From a virus (lineage: Duplodnaviria; Caudoviricetes), in the IMG/VR virus record IMGVR_UViG_3300032030_000041, positions 1 through 64,000 of that record: a DNA stretch of 64,000 nt. One strand, written 5' to 3'. Position numbers and translations under genes: made by a program. The number at the start of each line of letters is the position of its first letter. Position 1 is the first letter of the stretch. This document shows positions 54,545 through 64,000 of this stretch, piece by piece. Below the pieces are notes generated by a model. The model searched no databases and was not told the origin of the DNA. It saw only the letters and a program-made list of their open reading frames with translations.

Positions 54545-55338
54545 TATACTCCGGTACTCCCGAAGCCGCCTTCGCCGCGATCGGAATCCTCTAGATTTTC
54601 AACTATATTGGCCTTAAAACGGTAAGAAGGCATAATTAACATCTGGGCAATTCTGTCACCCTTATGAATGTACAAATTATCTTCAGATGTATTATCATAT
54701 AGAACGCCAAGTTCTCCACGATATCCGCTATCAATAAGTCCTACACTATTACTGAGTCTGAATGGTGTCTTTGCTCCAATGCTTGAGCGCGGTAGAATCA
54801 TCGCTAGCCATCCTTCTGGTAGTTGAATATGTACACCAGTACGAATCTTATTACCATATGTATGAGCATTTAGATCAGTGTCTTCTAATGCATATAGGTC
54901 TGCGGCGGCATCGCTATCATGTGCATATGTGGGGACTTGGGCGCCATCATCTAACTGAATAGGTAATTCAATCGCATAAGAATGATATTTATCAAAAGCT
55001 GTATCAAAAATATTGAAAATCTTTTCAACAACGATATCTACTACTTTACGCTTATTTCCGGTGAAAATTTTATCGCCATATACAATAGTATTTACAAACT
55101 CTTTGAGCGCGCCAGCAGAATCATTAGCTTCAGCCTTAGTTGTTCCTTGATTCTCTAGATTTTGTATAATCTGATTAACTGCTTGATTTACTTTCTCTTG
55201 AGAAAGTGAGTCATTAATTCCTTTAATAATTGAATTGGTAGTTTCATCTGTAAAAATAGCATCATCCATTTCTGTGAGTGAATGAATAGAATCTACAAAT
55301 GATTTAATACCTGGATCCATTAATAATTCATCGTTCAT
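54544..55338 (-). CDS. dut: trimeric dUTPase with ~125-aa N-terminal extension
   Basis: AADL, PRSSIG, GLIDSGYRGE, GDRIAQ and RGEGGFGSTG motifs. Confidence 0.92.
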   Translation of the reverse strand: MNDELLMDPGIKSFVDSIHSLTEMDDAIFTDETTNSIIKGINDSLSQEKVNQAVNQIIQNLENQGTTKAEANDSAGALKEFVNTIVYGDKIFTGNKRKVVDIVVEKIFNIFDTAFDKYHSYAIELPIQLDDGAQVPTYAHDSDAAADLYALEDTDLNAHTYGNKIRTGVHIQLPEGWLAMILPRSSIGAKTPFRLSNSVGLIDSGYRGELGVLYDNTSEDNLYIHKGDRIAQMLIMPSYRFKANIVENLEDSDRGEGGFGSTGV

Positions 55339-55349
55339 TTATATCCTCC

Positions 55350-55559
55350 TTAGTCGCCAAAGGTTTTTTCAGTAAGAACAATAAACCATTGATCGACTAT
55401 TTCTCCTTTAGACTTTTTTGTTTTAAGCGTATAGCTAGACTTAGTGAGGGTATACCCGCCAGAAATCTGCTGATCTTTAGCATCCTCAATCATACCCATA
55501 GCTTCTTCTTCGGTATCAACCCTATAAGTGTCAGTTGTCTTCAGTTTCAGCATCGCCAT
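55350..55559 (-). CDS. hypothetical protein, 69 aa
   Basis: Intact ORF in the operon. Confidence 0.75.
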   Translation of the reverse strand: MAMLKLKTTDTYRVDTEEEAMGMIEDAKDQQISGGYTLTKSSYTLKTKKSKGEIVDQWFIVLTEKTFGD

Positions 55560-55881
55560 CTTCTTCAATCTCCTTTGCTTTCTTTTCATTTAGTACTCTT
55601 AGTTTCTGAATTAAATCTATGTAATTAAGCTTTGCGGCAGTCTCATTAATCTCGTCAATCTGAGATTTTTGCGCCGTTTGTGCTTTCTTACCTTTATTCT
55701 TTTTAGCTAATGCACGTCTTTGCGCGCGATTTAGCTTGACGCCGCCATTGATTTTTTGTACTGTGAAATCAGTAATCTTCTTCATGATTTCTTCTTCAGT
55801 ATCTGCGCCAACGAGCTTTTCTGCTTTTGCATAATCCATCTTTTGGATTTCTGCAAAGCGTTTAATTAGATCATTTTCCAT
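55531..55881 (-). CDS. hypothetical protein, 116 aa (NRAQRRA motif)
   Basis: GAGGT SD; TAATG coupling. Confidence 0.8.
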   Translation of the reverse strand: MENDLIKRFAEIQKMDYAKAEKLVGADTEEEIMKKITDFTVQKINGGVKLNRAQRRALAKKNKGKKAQTAQKSQIDEINETAAKLNYIDLIQKLRVLNEKKAKEIEEDGDAETEDN

Positions 55882-56366
55882 TATAAATCTACCTCTTTTA
55901 ATTTAACAGGCTCTTTTGGTGGCGTTGTTTCATGTTCATTCCAAAGAGTAATGTACCAATGAGTTGGATCGCCCTCACACTGTAATTTATGCTCAATTCT
56001 AAAATGATTAAAGTTAATTTCAGGCTCAATGAAGGCTTCATCTTTTCCAGTCTTAGCACTACGCCAGAAATTATCGGCTTGGATAGTCCATTTTGACCAA
56101 TGATATAGAGTAAGTAGTTCATAAACTTTTGGCGATAAGACTGGCATTTCCAATATCACTTTCCATCCGGTACTAGAATCATACTCTTCATAATATTGAG
56201 TAAGCTGATCAAAATAAATTTCACACTTTTCTTTACTGTCCCACAATCTATCATAAGCGGTTAATAGTATATTTGGAACTTCTTTCTTTCCATACCAATT
56301 TTCACGCAAATATTTCTAAATAGGATGCTCATCGTTTTCTATATCAAGTCTTTTAAAATATTTCAT
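55881..56366 (-). CDS. hypothetical protein, 161 aa (1 TAG)
   Basis: GGAGG SD before ATG 56366; in frame with ORF 55881-56309. Confidence 0.75.
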
Positions 56367-57401
56367 TTATCCTCCCGCATTTCGGTTATATCCGAATGTC
56401 TAAGTATCAAAAAATTCAATATAATATTTTTCAAGCTCAGAAAGCTTATCTTTATCACAATAAGTAATTATTTCAATTGACCAGTTCCAGAAACCAGTTT
56501 TCAATATTTCATGGTGTACTGCTTGATCTGCAATACTTTTAATGCCAATTGATGATTTGAAATGATCCGCAATTCGTTTCTTTACGTCAGTACTTTTCCC
56601 AATATAAGCCTTCCCGCTATCTAAATTAGTTAACTTATAAATACCGGGTTCTGCCTTGACTTCAATTCTCTTAAAAGTATCATCCAAATAAGGTTTTACA
56701 TACTCTGCCCAAACTAGCTTTGATATAATGTCTGGATGCTGGACTTTCGCGGCAACAGTTGTAAGTAAGAATTCAATATCTTCACGATACTCTTCTGGAA
56801 GCTATATCGTATAGAACAACTTAGCCTATTTATCTTTCTCATATTGTAGAAGTGGCTCTCTAGCACTTAAGAAGCGTTCTCGCTGCTGTTCTTCAAGAAG
56901 CTAGTATTCTTTTACTTTTCCCTATGCTTCTTCAATTTGCTCGGCCATCCATTTCTTCGCATCTTCAGCCTACTTATCGCATTCTTTTAAAGTCTTATCT
57001 AATTCAGCCTTCAGAACCGATTTCTTCTCATTAAATGTTTCATCCAATGATTCCTGGCGGCGTTGCCGCTATTCATCCATTAACTAATCAATTTCCTACA
57101 TACGTTCATTAACTAGATTATGATATTCGGCGCGCGCATCAGTTAAACTAGTTTGCGCGCTATCCAACTAATTTCGTATGTCTGTTAATTTCTAATATTC
57201 TGTATTATACTTAATTGTGGTATCAAGTAACTTACTCTCATAGGCACTGAGTGCTTTCTTTTGGAAGCTAACCTAATCTTTTGCTTCTTCAAGTTGCCGA
57301 TTATATTCATTAAGTAAACCTTGATCAACTTGACGCTTCTGATAAAGTAAATACCCCAGAACTCCAATAATAATTAAGCAAACAATCAGTATAGCAATCA
57401 T
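56367..57401 (-). CDS. membrane-anchored coiled-coil GIY-YIG nuclease, 344 aa (about a dozen TAG)
   Basis: N-terminal TM MIAILIVCLIIIGVLGYLLY, long coiled coil, GIY...YIG...R...E...GYN. Confidence 0.8.
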
Positions 57402-57428
57402 ACCATCACCTTTTTCTCTTGATACTTA

Positions 57429-57457
57429 ATTATATCAGAATTCTGGGGAAATGTCAA
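57429..57457 (-). promoter_or_regulatory. consensus sigmaA promoter
   Basis: TTGACA-N17-TATAAT with TG extension. Confidence 0.85.
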
Positions 57458-58005
57458 ATATTTGGTTCTATAAGATTACTAAAAATAACTCCACCAAATA
57501 TATTACCAATAATTGTACCCAATAATGGAAATCCAATAGTACCAGCTGCAATCATATAATAAGCATCAGCAATGCAGTGGTTAAAACCGCCAAGAATAAA
57601 ACCCATCACACACGGAAAGCACATCCATAGTGGAGACTTTTCATATGTAGCAATTGACATTAGCATACCACATCCAATTCCCTTTATCGCGGCTTCCCAT
57701 ATGGGTTGTGACATTTTAGTCGTGGCAATAGCTGCAGAAGCACTATTATGTGCGAGAAGTGCCATCAATGATACTCCTACTATATTTCCAAGCAAAACTA
57801 TCAAATAAAAATACCAAGGATATTGCTTAGTTACCATAAATTGGATTTTGCCAGTAAATAGGTTTAGCTTATATATTCGAACTGTAAGTAATCCACATGA
57901 AAATAGAAAAGCGCCAACTATTGCGTTAGGAGCTGCTAGATACATCCAGCAGCCTAATGCAATTGCCATTCCGGCAAATATTGACTTATATATGTCCTTC
58001 TTCAT
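57454..58005 (-). CDS. formate/nitrite transporter (FNT) family channel, 183 aa
   Basis: Multiple TM helices; AG..IALG, LFTG, GIGCG.L and GFNHCIAD motifs. Confidence 0.8.
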   Translation of the reverse strand: MKKDIYKSIFAGMAIALGCWMYLAAPNAIVGAFLFSCGLLTVRIYKLNLFTGKIQFMVTKQYPWYFYLIVLLGNIVGVSLMALLAHNSASAAIATTKMSQPIWEAAIKGIGCGMLMSIATYEKSPLWMCFPCVMGFILGGFNHCIADAYYMIAAGTIGFPLLGTIIGNIFGGVIFSNLIEPNI

Positions 58006-58486
58006 AATATTTCTCCATATTAATTATTCGTTGGTTTGAAGAACCACGTAACGGCAATGTCGTATCTCTTTTATCCTGCTCATAACGACCATCTATTAAG
58101 CAGGTAATATTATGTAAAATATGATCTAAAGTACGATTATCGCGCTTCTCTAATTCTTCCATTGTATAACCTGTCCATAAATAAATTTTTAAATCTGGAT
58201 AATCTAGCTTACACCAACCAATTAAATCCATCACATCTTCTAAGTTTTCATCGGCTAGTGGCTCGCCGCCAAGAATGCTAAGAGAGCGCATTACTCCATT
58301 CTTATTAAGCTTCTGCATAATCTCTTGGCGTATATCTAATCCATATTCCTCGCCATAATTAAAATCTTGTGCTTCGGGATTGTGACATCCGGGGCAATGG
58401 AAATGACATCCCGAAAAATACACAGAGAGGGAGATACCTGGCGCTGCCGCGGTATCATCCCAATAGATTCCTGCAATCTTACTCAT
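57986..58486 (-). CDS. nrdG: anaerobic ribonucleotide reductase activase (radical SAM)
   Basis: CHFHCPGCHN, LGGEPL, IDGRY and RGSSNQ motifs; adjacent to nrdD. Confidence 0.93.
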   Translation of the reverse strand: MSKIAGIYWDDTAAAPGISLSVYFSGCHFHCPGCHNPEAQDFNYGEEYGLDIRQEIMQKLNKNGVMRSLSILGGEPLADENLEDVMDLIGWCKLDYPDLKIYLWTGYTMEELEKRDNRTLDHILHNITCLIDGRYEQDKRDTTLPLRGSSNQRIINMEKYYEEGHI

Positions 58487-60777
58487 TAGTGTATATGCTT
58501 GACTCTTGCTTCAACTTCTTTCTGTTTGCCCCAGTTGAAAGCATCTTTATATGAGCCTGTTAAATAGCCAGTTACTCTACGAAGTCTTGAAATGTTCTTA
58601 CTGCCGCACTCAGGACAGCTTTCACCAATTTCATCCTGATAGCCACAATCATTACACATATCTAGCGGCACGTTCAAAGCGAAATACGGTATATCATGGT
58701 CCATAGCATAATTTACTATAGTTTCAAGCGCAGGAATGTTATTCTTTACACCAGAAGGAACTTCTACATATGTAATACATCCAGCACTAGAATATCCAGT
58801 TAGCTGGCTCTCAATATCAATTTTATCAAATACAGAAATATCATGCCATACTGGTACATGGATACTATTAGTAAAGTATTCATGATCAGATACATTTTCA
58901 ATTTCGCCGTACTTAGCTTTAAACTTCTTCATTGCTGTGTAACAAAGATTTTCAGCAGGAGTGTAATATACTCCAAAATTAAGATGGTATTCTTTCTTAA
59001 ACTCCGCACATCTATCTTTAAATAGTTGTTCGATCCTCTTAGCTAGCTCCATTCCTTTTTCTGTAGTATGGTCGCAACCAATTAAGATTTGAAGCGTTTC
59101 CGCAAGTCCCAGCTGCCCAATAACAATAGTGCCATGTTTCAATGCTGAGCGGATACCTTCTTCTGGATGATAACCTAGCATTGTGTTATTTTCATACATG
59201 AACTTGGCGGATGCGGGAGACTGCTTACAAATCCATTCAAAGCGTTCAAGGAGCATATCTTTAGCTTCATGGATTTTTCTATTTAAAATCATCATAAAAG
59301 TTTCTACATCATCATAATCTTCTCTTGTCCAATTAGCAGGATGCTGGAAGTCATTAAAATGATGATCATTAATTGCTTTTGCTTCCATTGCTAATGTTGG
59401 CATAATAATTGTAACGGGACAAATATTACCGCGGCCATCTTTACGTTGTGGATTTACGCCTGGCTCTGCATTTATGTCTGCGCCATTCGCTGTACGGCAT
59501 CCCATTGTGCTGAAATACGTTGTTGGATCATTTGGATCGTATCCTGCATTTCCAGACCAGTCAATATTAGCATAGTTGGGATAAATACGTTTAGCAGTAG
59601 ATTCAAGCGCGAGTTGATATAAGTCATAGTTTGGATCGCCAGGTGCGCGATTAATGCCCTTTCCAAGTTGGAAAATACCACATGGGAATATAGGCGTTTT
59701 ATGATATTTACCTACACCTTTTATCGAGCCTTCCAGCAATGCCTTAATTACCATACGGCCTTCGGGTAATGTACAAGTACCATAGTTAATTGATGTGAAA
59801 GGCAATTGATTTCCGCTGCGAGATTGAAGCGTGTTAAGGTTGTGATACATTCCCTCGACTGCTTGCTGAAGTTCGCGTTCTGTCATATCCATTGCATAAT
59901 TATAGCATTTTTCACCATATGATTTAGCATCAGGCGAATCAATTTCTGGAATCCCATATTTAGGATTATATAATTTTACATCATAGTTATCTTTTCCAAT
60001 CGTACCTTCTATATACATTAAGCCATCACGCATATGCTTCCAGAAACTTTTTCTCACATAAGGAACCATAGTCCAATCCAAATGAGTCGCACTAACGCCG
60101 CCAAACTGCATTAGAGATTGAAGCTGGAATATAACTGCCACTAGTTGAAAAGCAGTATTGATGGAATTAGCTGGGCGTACATCCGTTTGTCTAGTGTTAA
60201 AACCCTTTGCTAACAAATCATCAAATGGAATACTTAAACAATTATGCATACCTACCGCATAAGCACTTAAATCATGAATATAAATCTCATTATTCAAGTG
60301 ATTATTTCGTGCCATATCAGACATGCAGAAATCAAGTGCATATTGCTTCATCATTTCATCAGAAGCTTCACCAACGCGGCCGCCAAATGAATGTTCATCT
60401 ATATTAGCATTTTGATTCTGTACATTAGAAGCTCTTAATTTTTCACTAATCGCGCGAATAAATTCAGTAGAGTTTGCGCGCATAATACCATGCTTATAAC
60501 GATACTTAATATAAGCTTTGCCGACTTTTAAGTCATAGTCAGTTAGATAATCTTCAACTAAATCTTGAATGTCTTCTACGCCCATTAGGTCATTTGACTC
60601 TACAACCATTTGTTGTGCAATTGTTTCAACCAAATTAGCAATCTCGGTTGCATATTGTGGATAACCGGTTTCTTTAGGATATACCTCATGCCACGCCTTT
60701 GTAATGGCTGTTTCAATTTTTTCCTTATCGAATAATGCAAGTTCTCCAGTTCGTTTACGAATTTGTAAATCCATCAT
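58486..60777 (-). CDS. nrdD: class III anaerobic ribonucleoside-triphosphate reductase with ATP cone
   Basis: ATP cone, IYIHD, MGCR, TPAEN, CxxC-CxxC and RRVTGYL glycyl-radical motif. Confidence 0.95.
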   Translation of the reverse strand: MMDLQIRKRTGELALFDKEKIETAITKAWHEVYPKETGYPQYATEIANLVETIAQQMVVESNDLMGVEDIQDLVEDYLTDYDLKVGKAYIKYRYKHGIMRANSTEFIRAISEKLRASNVQNQNANIDEHSFGGRVGEASDEMMKQYALDFCMSDMARNNHLNNEIYIHDLSAYAVGMHNCLSIPFDDLLAKGFNTRQTDVRPANSINTAFQLVAVIFQLQSLMQFGGVSATHLDWTMVPYVRKSFWKHMRDGLMYIEGTIGKDNYDVKLYNPKYGIPEIDSPDAKSYGEKCYNYAMDMTERELQQAVEGMYHNLNTLQSRSGNQLPFTSINYGTCTLPEGRMVIKALLEGSIKGVGKYHKTPIFPCGIFQLGKGINRAPGDPNYDLYQLALESTAKRIYPNYANIDWSGNAGYDPNDPTTYFSTMGCRTANGADINAEPGVNPQRKDGRGNICPVTIIMPTLAMEAKAINDHHFNDFQHPANWTREDYDDVETFMMILNRKIHEAKDMLLERFEWICKQSPASAKFMYENNTMLGYHPEEGIRSALKHGTIVIGQLGLAETLQILIGCDHTTEKGMELAKRIEQLFKDRCAEFKKEYHLNFGVYYTPAENLCYTAMKKFKAKYGEIENVSDHEYFTNSIHVPVWHDISVFDKIDIESQLTGYSSAGCITYVEVPSGVKNNIPALETIVNYAMDHDIPYFALNVPLDMCNDCGYQDEIGESCPECGSKNISRLRRVTGYLTGSYKDAFNWGKQKEVEARVKHIH

Positions 60778-60779
60778 TC

Positions 60780-60986
60780 TCACTTCCTAAATTTCTTCCC
60801 GCAATAGGGGCATTGACCTTGATCTGAAAAATCATAACTACCACTGTTATGAGGACACATATTTTGTAATTCTTTAATTTCATCTCTAATTACAAACACT
60901 CTATCTTTACGTTCCATTGTCGCTAGAGCGCTGCGTAATTCTTCGCTCAACTTTTGATATTGAGCATAAATATCATTTTCATTCAT
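60780..60986 (-). CDS. small Zn-binding protein (CPH...CPYC), 68 aa
   Basis: GGAGG SD; coupled to both neighbours. Confidence 0.75.
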   Translation of the reverse strand: MNENDIYAQYQKLSEELRSALATMERKDRVFVIRDEIKELQNMCPHNSGSYDFSDQGQCPYCGKKFRK

Positions 60987-62068
60987 TTAATCCATCTGCC
61001 TCCCTTTTGTATTGATGTTAATGTCTGTTTAAATAAATTATCCTGTTGCGGATATTTATCTACTAATATTCTTGCTTGCTCTTTTGCCGCAAGTTTCTCA
61101 GGCACTTTTGTCTTTTTTGGTATCCGTTCATATATCGTTTGTTCTTCTTTTAAGGGGCTTTTAGTCCAGCCTGCTACTAGCTATGAAAGCTCGCGTAATG
61201 GATCATAACATCCAAGTGTTGGTTCTTCATATTTAAGCTTTATTGGAATCTTATTAGCCCAAAATGTATATAGCAAGTTCATTTTATATATGAAATTCTT
61301 GTAATATTCAGTTTGATATTGATATGAGCCGCCAATAGAAAGAAAAATTTGTGAATTAGGCATAATTAATTCTAAAAACTTATTTTTATATTCTTTCATC
61401 ATATATTTAGTCTCATTTAGCGGTACATATATATCTAAGAATACTTCATTACTTTTACTAATAATATCTGTTGTTCTAGCCGCAATAAAATCAGATATTT
61501 TATGGAGCCGTAATGGATGAATAAAATTAATAGAAGATGGTTTATGCTCGCTAATATCTTCTATTATATCTTGCCATCCGGGCTAGAAAAAATCACGATC
61601 ATAAATATAGAAGCGCTTTTGCCGCATAATTGGCGGTATTGGTAATTCCTTTTCTCCAGCAAAACGTCGGTAATAAGAATCTTCGAGTATATGATCTATA
61701 TTTATTTCTTTTGCGCCAGCCTAATATTTTTCTTTTAACAATCGCCCATATATATTTGGTTTGGGCAATGTATAATCTATTAGCTCATTTTGAAATGGTA
61801 CATATTTCTTATTAGTAAAAGCTGATCCACCATATATTACATTAGTAGCCTACTTAAAGGCATCTGGTACTGTAATATAATTATCATTTTCACTAAAGAC
61901 ATATATTTTATCATATCCAGTAAACTAAACCTCTTCAAGCCCAATAATACGGCAATATATATTTTCTTCATGTTTATAATATTCCGCGAGCTTCATAATT
62001 TCTAAATTAGGAGGCGGAAGAATGAGATCCGTCGCCTGCTGCCAATGTAAGTCTACAAGCCCTATCAT
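60983..62068 (-). CDS. hypothetical protein resembling the N-terminus of phage radical-SAM-like proteins, 361 aa (5 TAG)
   Basis: MIGLVD...PNLEIMKLAEYYK...YDKIY...YGGSAF; ATGA overlaps at both ends; no CxxxCxxC seen. Confidence 0.7.
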
Positions 62069-64000
62069 TCTTCTACCTCCATCCTTTCAGTCTGGAATGT
62101 TAATACTCCATCTGAATCTACATTTGTTATTTTAGATATTACCGGATAAAACGAATCCTTCCGTTTTTTCGGCACAAAGTCTTGTCCTCTTCGTATGCCT
62201 TGTACCATAAGAAGAGTCCCGCGCGAGAACCAGCTCTTTTCTAAAACGTGTTTAACACCATCGCTTCCTTTCTGAGAAAGCTGCTTATCATATAAAGCAT
62301 ACTGATTCTTATAAACTTTTACATTTACAACTCCAGTAGGAGTCAATAATGTAACCGTATTTTTCATTTTATTCTTATCAATTACCGTGCCAATAATTCT
62401 CCGCAGGCGGAATACTTTAACTTCATTACCGTCTTTCCCTGTAAAACTATATTCTACTTCTGGCTCTTCAGGCAAACTAAAGAAGTCATCATAATCATGC
62501 GCTGCAGCCGCAAGCTCATGTTCATGGCTATAAAATGAAACAGAATCCATTTCCCAGTGTGAAATATTCCCACTCGCATACTTATTATACATTTCTTGAT
62601 ATAATGAATCATTTAGTGCTCTAAGTACGGTATTCTTATTTTCTTTTAAATAAAGTCGCATTGGATCCATAGCCTTTTTATAAATATTGTCCCACCGAAC
62701 CTGCGGTATTTGTGTCCCATTATCTATTAAATCAGCACTAAAGTTATTTCCAATAAAGTTTACTGCGGCATCATTGAGTTCATAATTATCACCATTTTTA
62801 CAAGTCTTGAGAAACTTATTAAACAAGAATAATTTCTGATAGAATCTTAAATCTTCAGGAATCAAATTTTTATTAATAAGCATCTGCATATTTTGTAAAG
62901 TTAAACGCTCTTTATGGTCAGCTACCATTGCAATATAATCTGCCATAATTTCTTCTCGCGGCTTATCTACTAAAGAATCAAATGCTCCACATTTAATTAA
63001 GTTTGACATTTGAATCTTATTGACTTTTATTCGTTCAAGAAAATCTTGTAAAGATGCGAACGGACGCTGCGCAATAATGTCTTTAATGATTGAGATTGGA
63101 AGTCGAGTAATTCCGCGTAAACCATATAGAATTGCATTATCTTTTACAACTGGTGTAAAAGTAAATGAAGAAGTATTAATATCAGGCGGCGATACCTTAA
63201 TTCCATAACTATTGAATTTACCTATCGCTGATGCAACCTTGCCATAATCGACAGATTTGGTTTTTTCCTTTTTCTTATCTTCTTGCGCGCCTTCAATTAC
63301 TTCATTTTCTTCTTCCCACTCTTCTAAATCTTCTTCATCTTCATCTTCATCTGGTGCATTATCTACTACAATAGAAGCTTCTCCATCTTCATCATATTCA
63401 ACAGTTTGAGAACCGCCGCTATCTACAATCAAGTTTGCAGTATTCCAGAAAATAATAGGAAAAAATCGTGCTAGATTCATCTCTTGTAATGCAACTATAG
63501 AATAGGCGTATGTATGGCTCGCATTGAAACCATATCCGCGGCTTAATGCAACTTCGACATTCCACACATATGAGCAAAACTTTTCGCTCAGCTGTTTTTC
63601 TTTTACTCGTGCGAAAAATTCAACTGTTAATTGCTCATACTCTTTTGGATTCTTCTTCGCTATACTCTTTCTTAACCTATCAGCCCATTGTAGGTCCCAG
63701 CCGCCACATTCCGGCAACTGAACCAACTGCATAAACTGTTCTTGTGTGATGGACATTCCGTCTGATATATCTAATTCCCTATGCAGAAGTGCTCGTTCGT
63801 TATCAGTTAATCCATACTGAATCATTTCTTGCTCCCAATCATGCGGATGGAAACGAAATCTTGCATACTTATCCAGCGGGCTTTCTGCACCTTTTTCAGT
63901 CGCCATAAGACGAATTACTGAATTAAGAACTGCAAGTTCGTCAACATTTCTCGGATGAGTTAACGCAATTCCTCTTGTTCCAGATTGTTGTTCCATTTGA
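62065..64000 (-). CDS. dnaE: DNA polymerase III alpha subunit (family C), C-terminal part, truncated by the window edge
   Basis: QEQFMQ, ADRLRKSIAKK, YGFNASHTYAYS, PPDIN.S, HhH and OB-fold segments. Confidence 0.93.
   Translation of the reverse strand, partial: QMEQQSGTRGIALTHPRNVDELAVLNSVIRLMATEKGAESPLDKYARFRFHPHDWEQEMIQYGLTDNERALLHRELDISDGMSITQEQFMQLVQLPECGGWDLQWADRLRKSIAKKNPKEYEQLTVEFFARVKEKQLSEKFCSYVWNVEVALSRGYGFNASHTYAYSIVALQEMNLARFFPIIFWNTANLIVDSGGSQTVEYDEDGEASIVVDNAPDEDEDEEDLEEWEEENEVIEGAQEDKKKEKTKSVDYGKVASAIGKFNSYGIKVSPPDINTSSFTFTPVVKDNAILYGLRGITRLPISIIKDIIAQRPFASLQDFLERIKVNKIQMSNLIKCGAFDSLVDKPREEIMADYIAMVADHKERLTLQNMQMLINKNLIPEDLRFYQKLFLFNKFLKTCKNGDNYELNDAAVNFIGNNFSADLIDNGTQIPQVRWDNIYKKAMDPMRLYLKENKNTVLRALNDSLYQEMYNKYASGNISHWEMDSVSFYSHEHELAAAAHDYDDFFSLPEEPEVEYSFTGKDGNEVKVFRLRRIIGTVIDKNKMKNTVTLLTPTGVVNVKVYKNQYALYDKQLSQKGSDGVKHVLEKSWFSRGTLLMVQGIRRGQDFVPKKRKDSFYPVISKITNVDSDGVLTFQTERMEVEE

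Overview
The window is a 64-kb piece of a large tailed dsDNA bacteriophage genome, probably siphovirus-like with a Bacillota-type host (inferred from sigmaA promoters and long SD sequences). It has three parts. (1) 1-16.4 kb is an early/host-takeover region of about 35 small genes in the standard code, nearly each with its own near-consensus TTGACA-N16/18-TATAAT promoter. It diverges at about 13.6 kb and is dense in repeated cis motifs: GGGCCGGC, GTTAGY-N4-RCTAAC, ATACTGTATACAA, 11-bp-periodic TGTTACA/TATTAA boxes, an AAACCAGAAAGG leader, and ACTTTA-N6-TAAAGT arrays. It contains a four-times repeated cassette of 2-3 promoter-driven, apparently non-coding structured RNAs followed by a paralogous winged-helix protein, plus other ncRNA candidates and a tRNA-like element. 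(2) 16.96-53.36 kb (+) is the packaging and virion module. It looks shredded in the ORF track, but every fragment joins in frame if TAG is read as a sense codon (Gln, code 15). This gives terminase, portal, protease/scaffold, capsid, neck, two tail-tube paralogs, a ~4,850-aa tape measure, Dit, and a ~1,840-aa tail-tip protein ending in 38 perfect CXXX repeats. (3) 53.4-64 kb (-) holds replication and nucleotide-metabolism genes (DnaE, NrdD/NrdG, formate channel, dUTPase, RuvC-like and GIY-YIG nucleases); TAG-containing and TAG-free genes are interleaved here. No suppressor tRNA, release factor, integrase or lysis gene was recognised in the window. All product calls come from motif recognition and gene order, not database searches.
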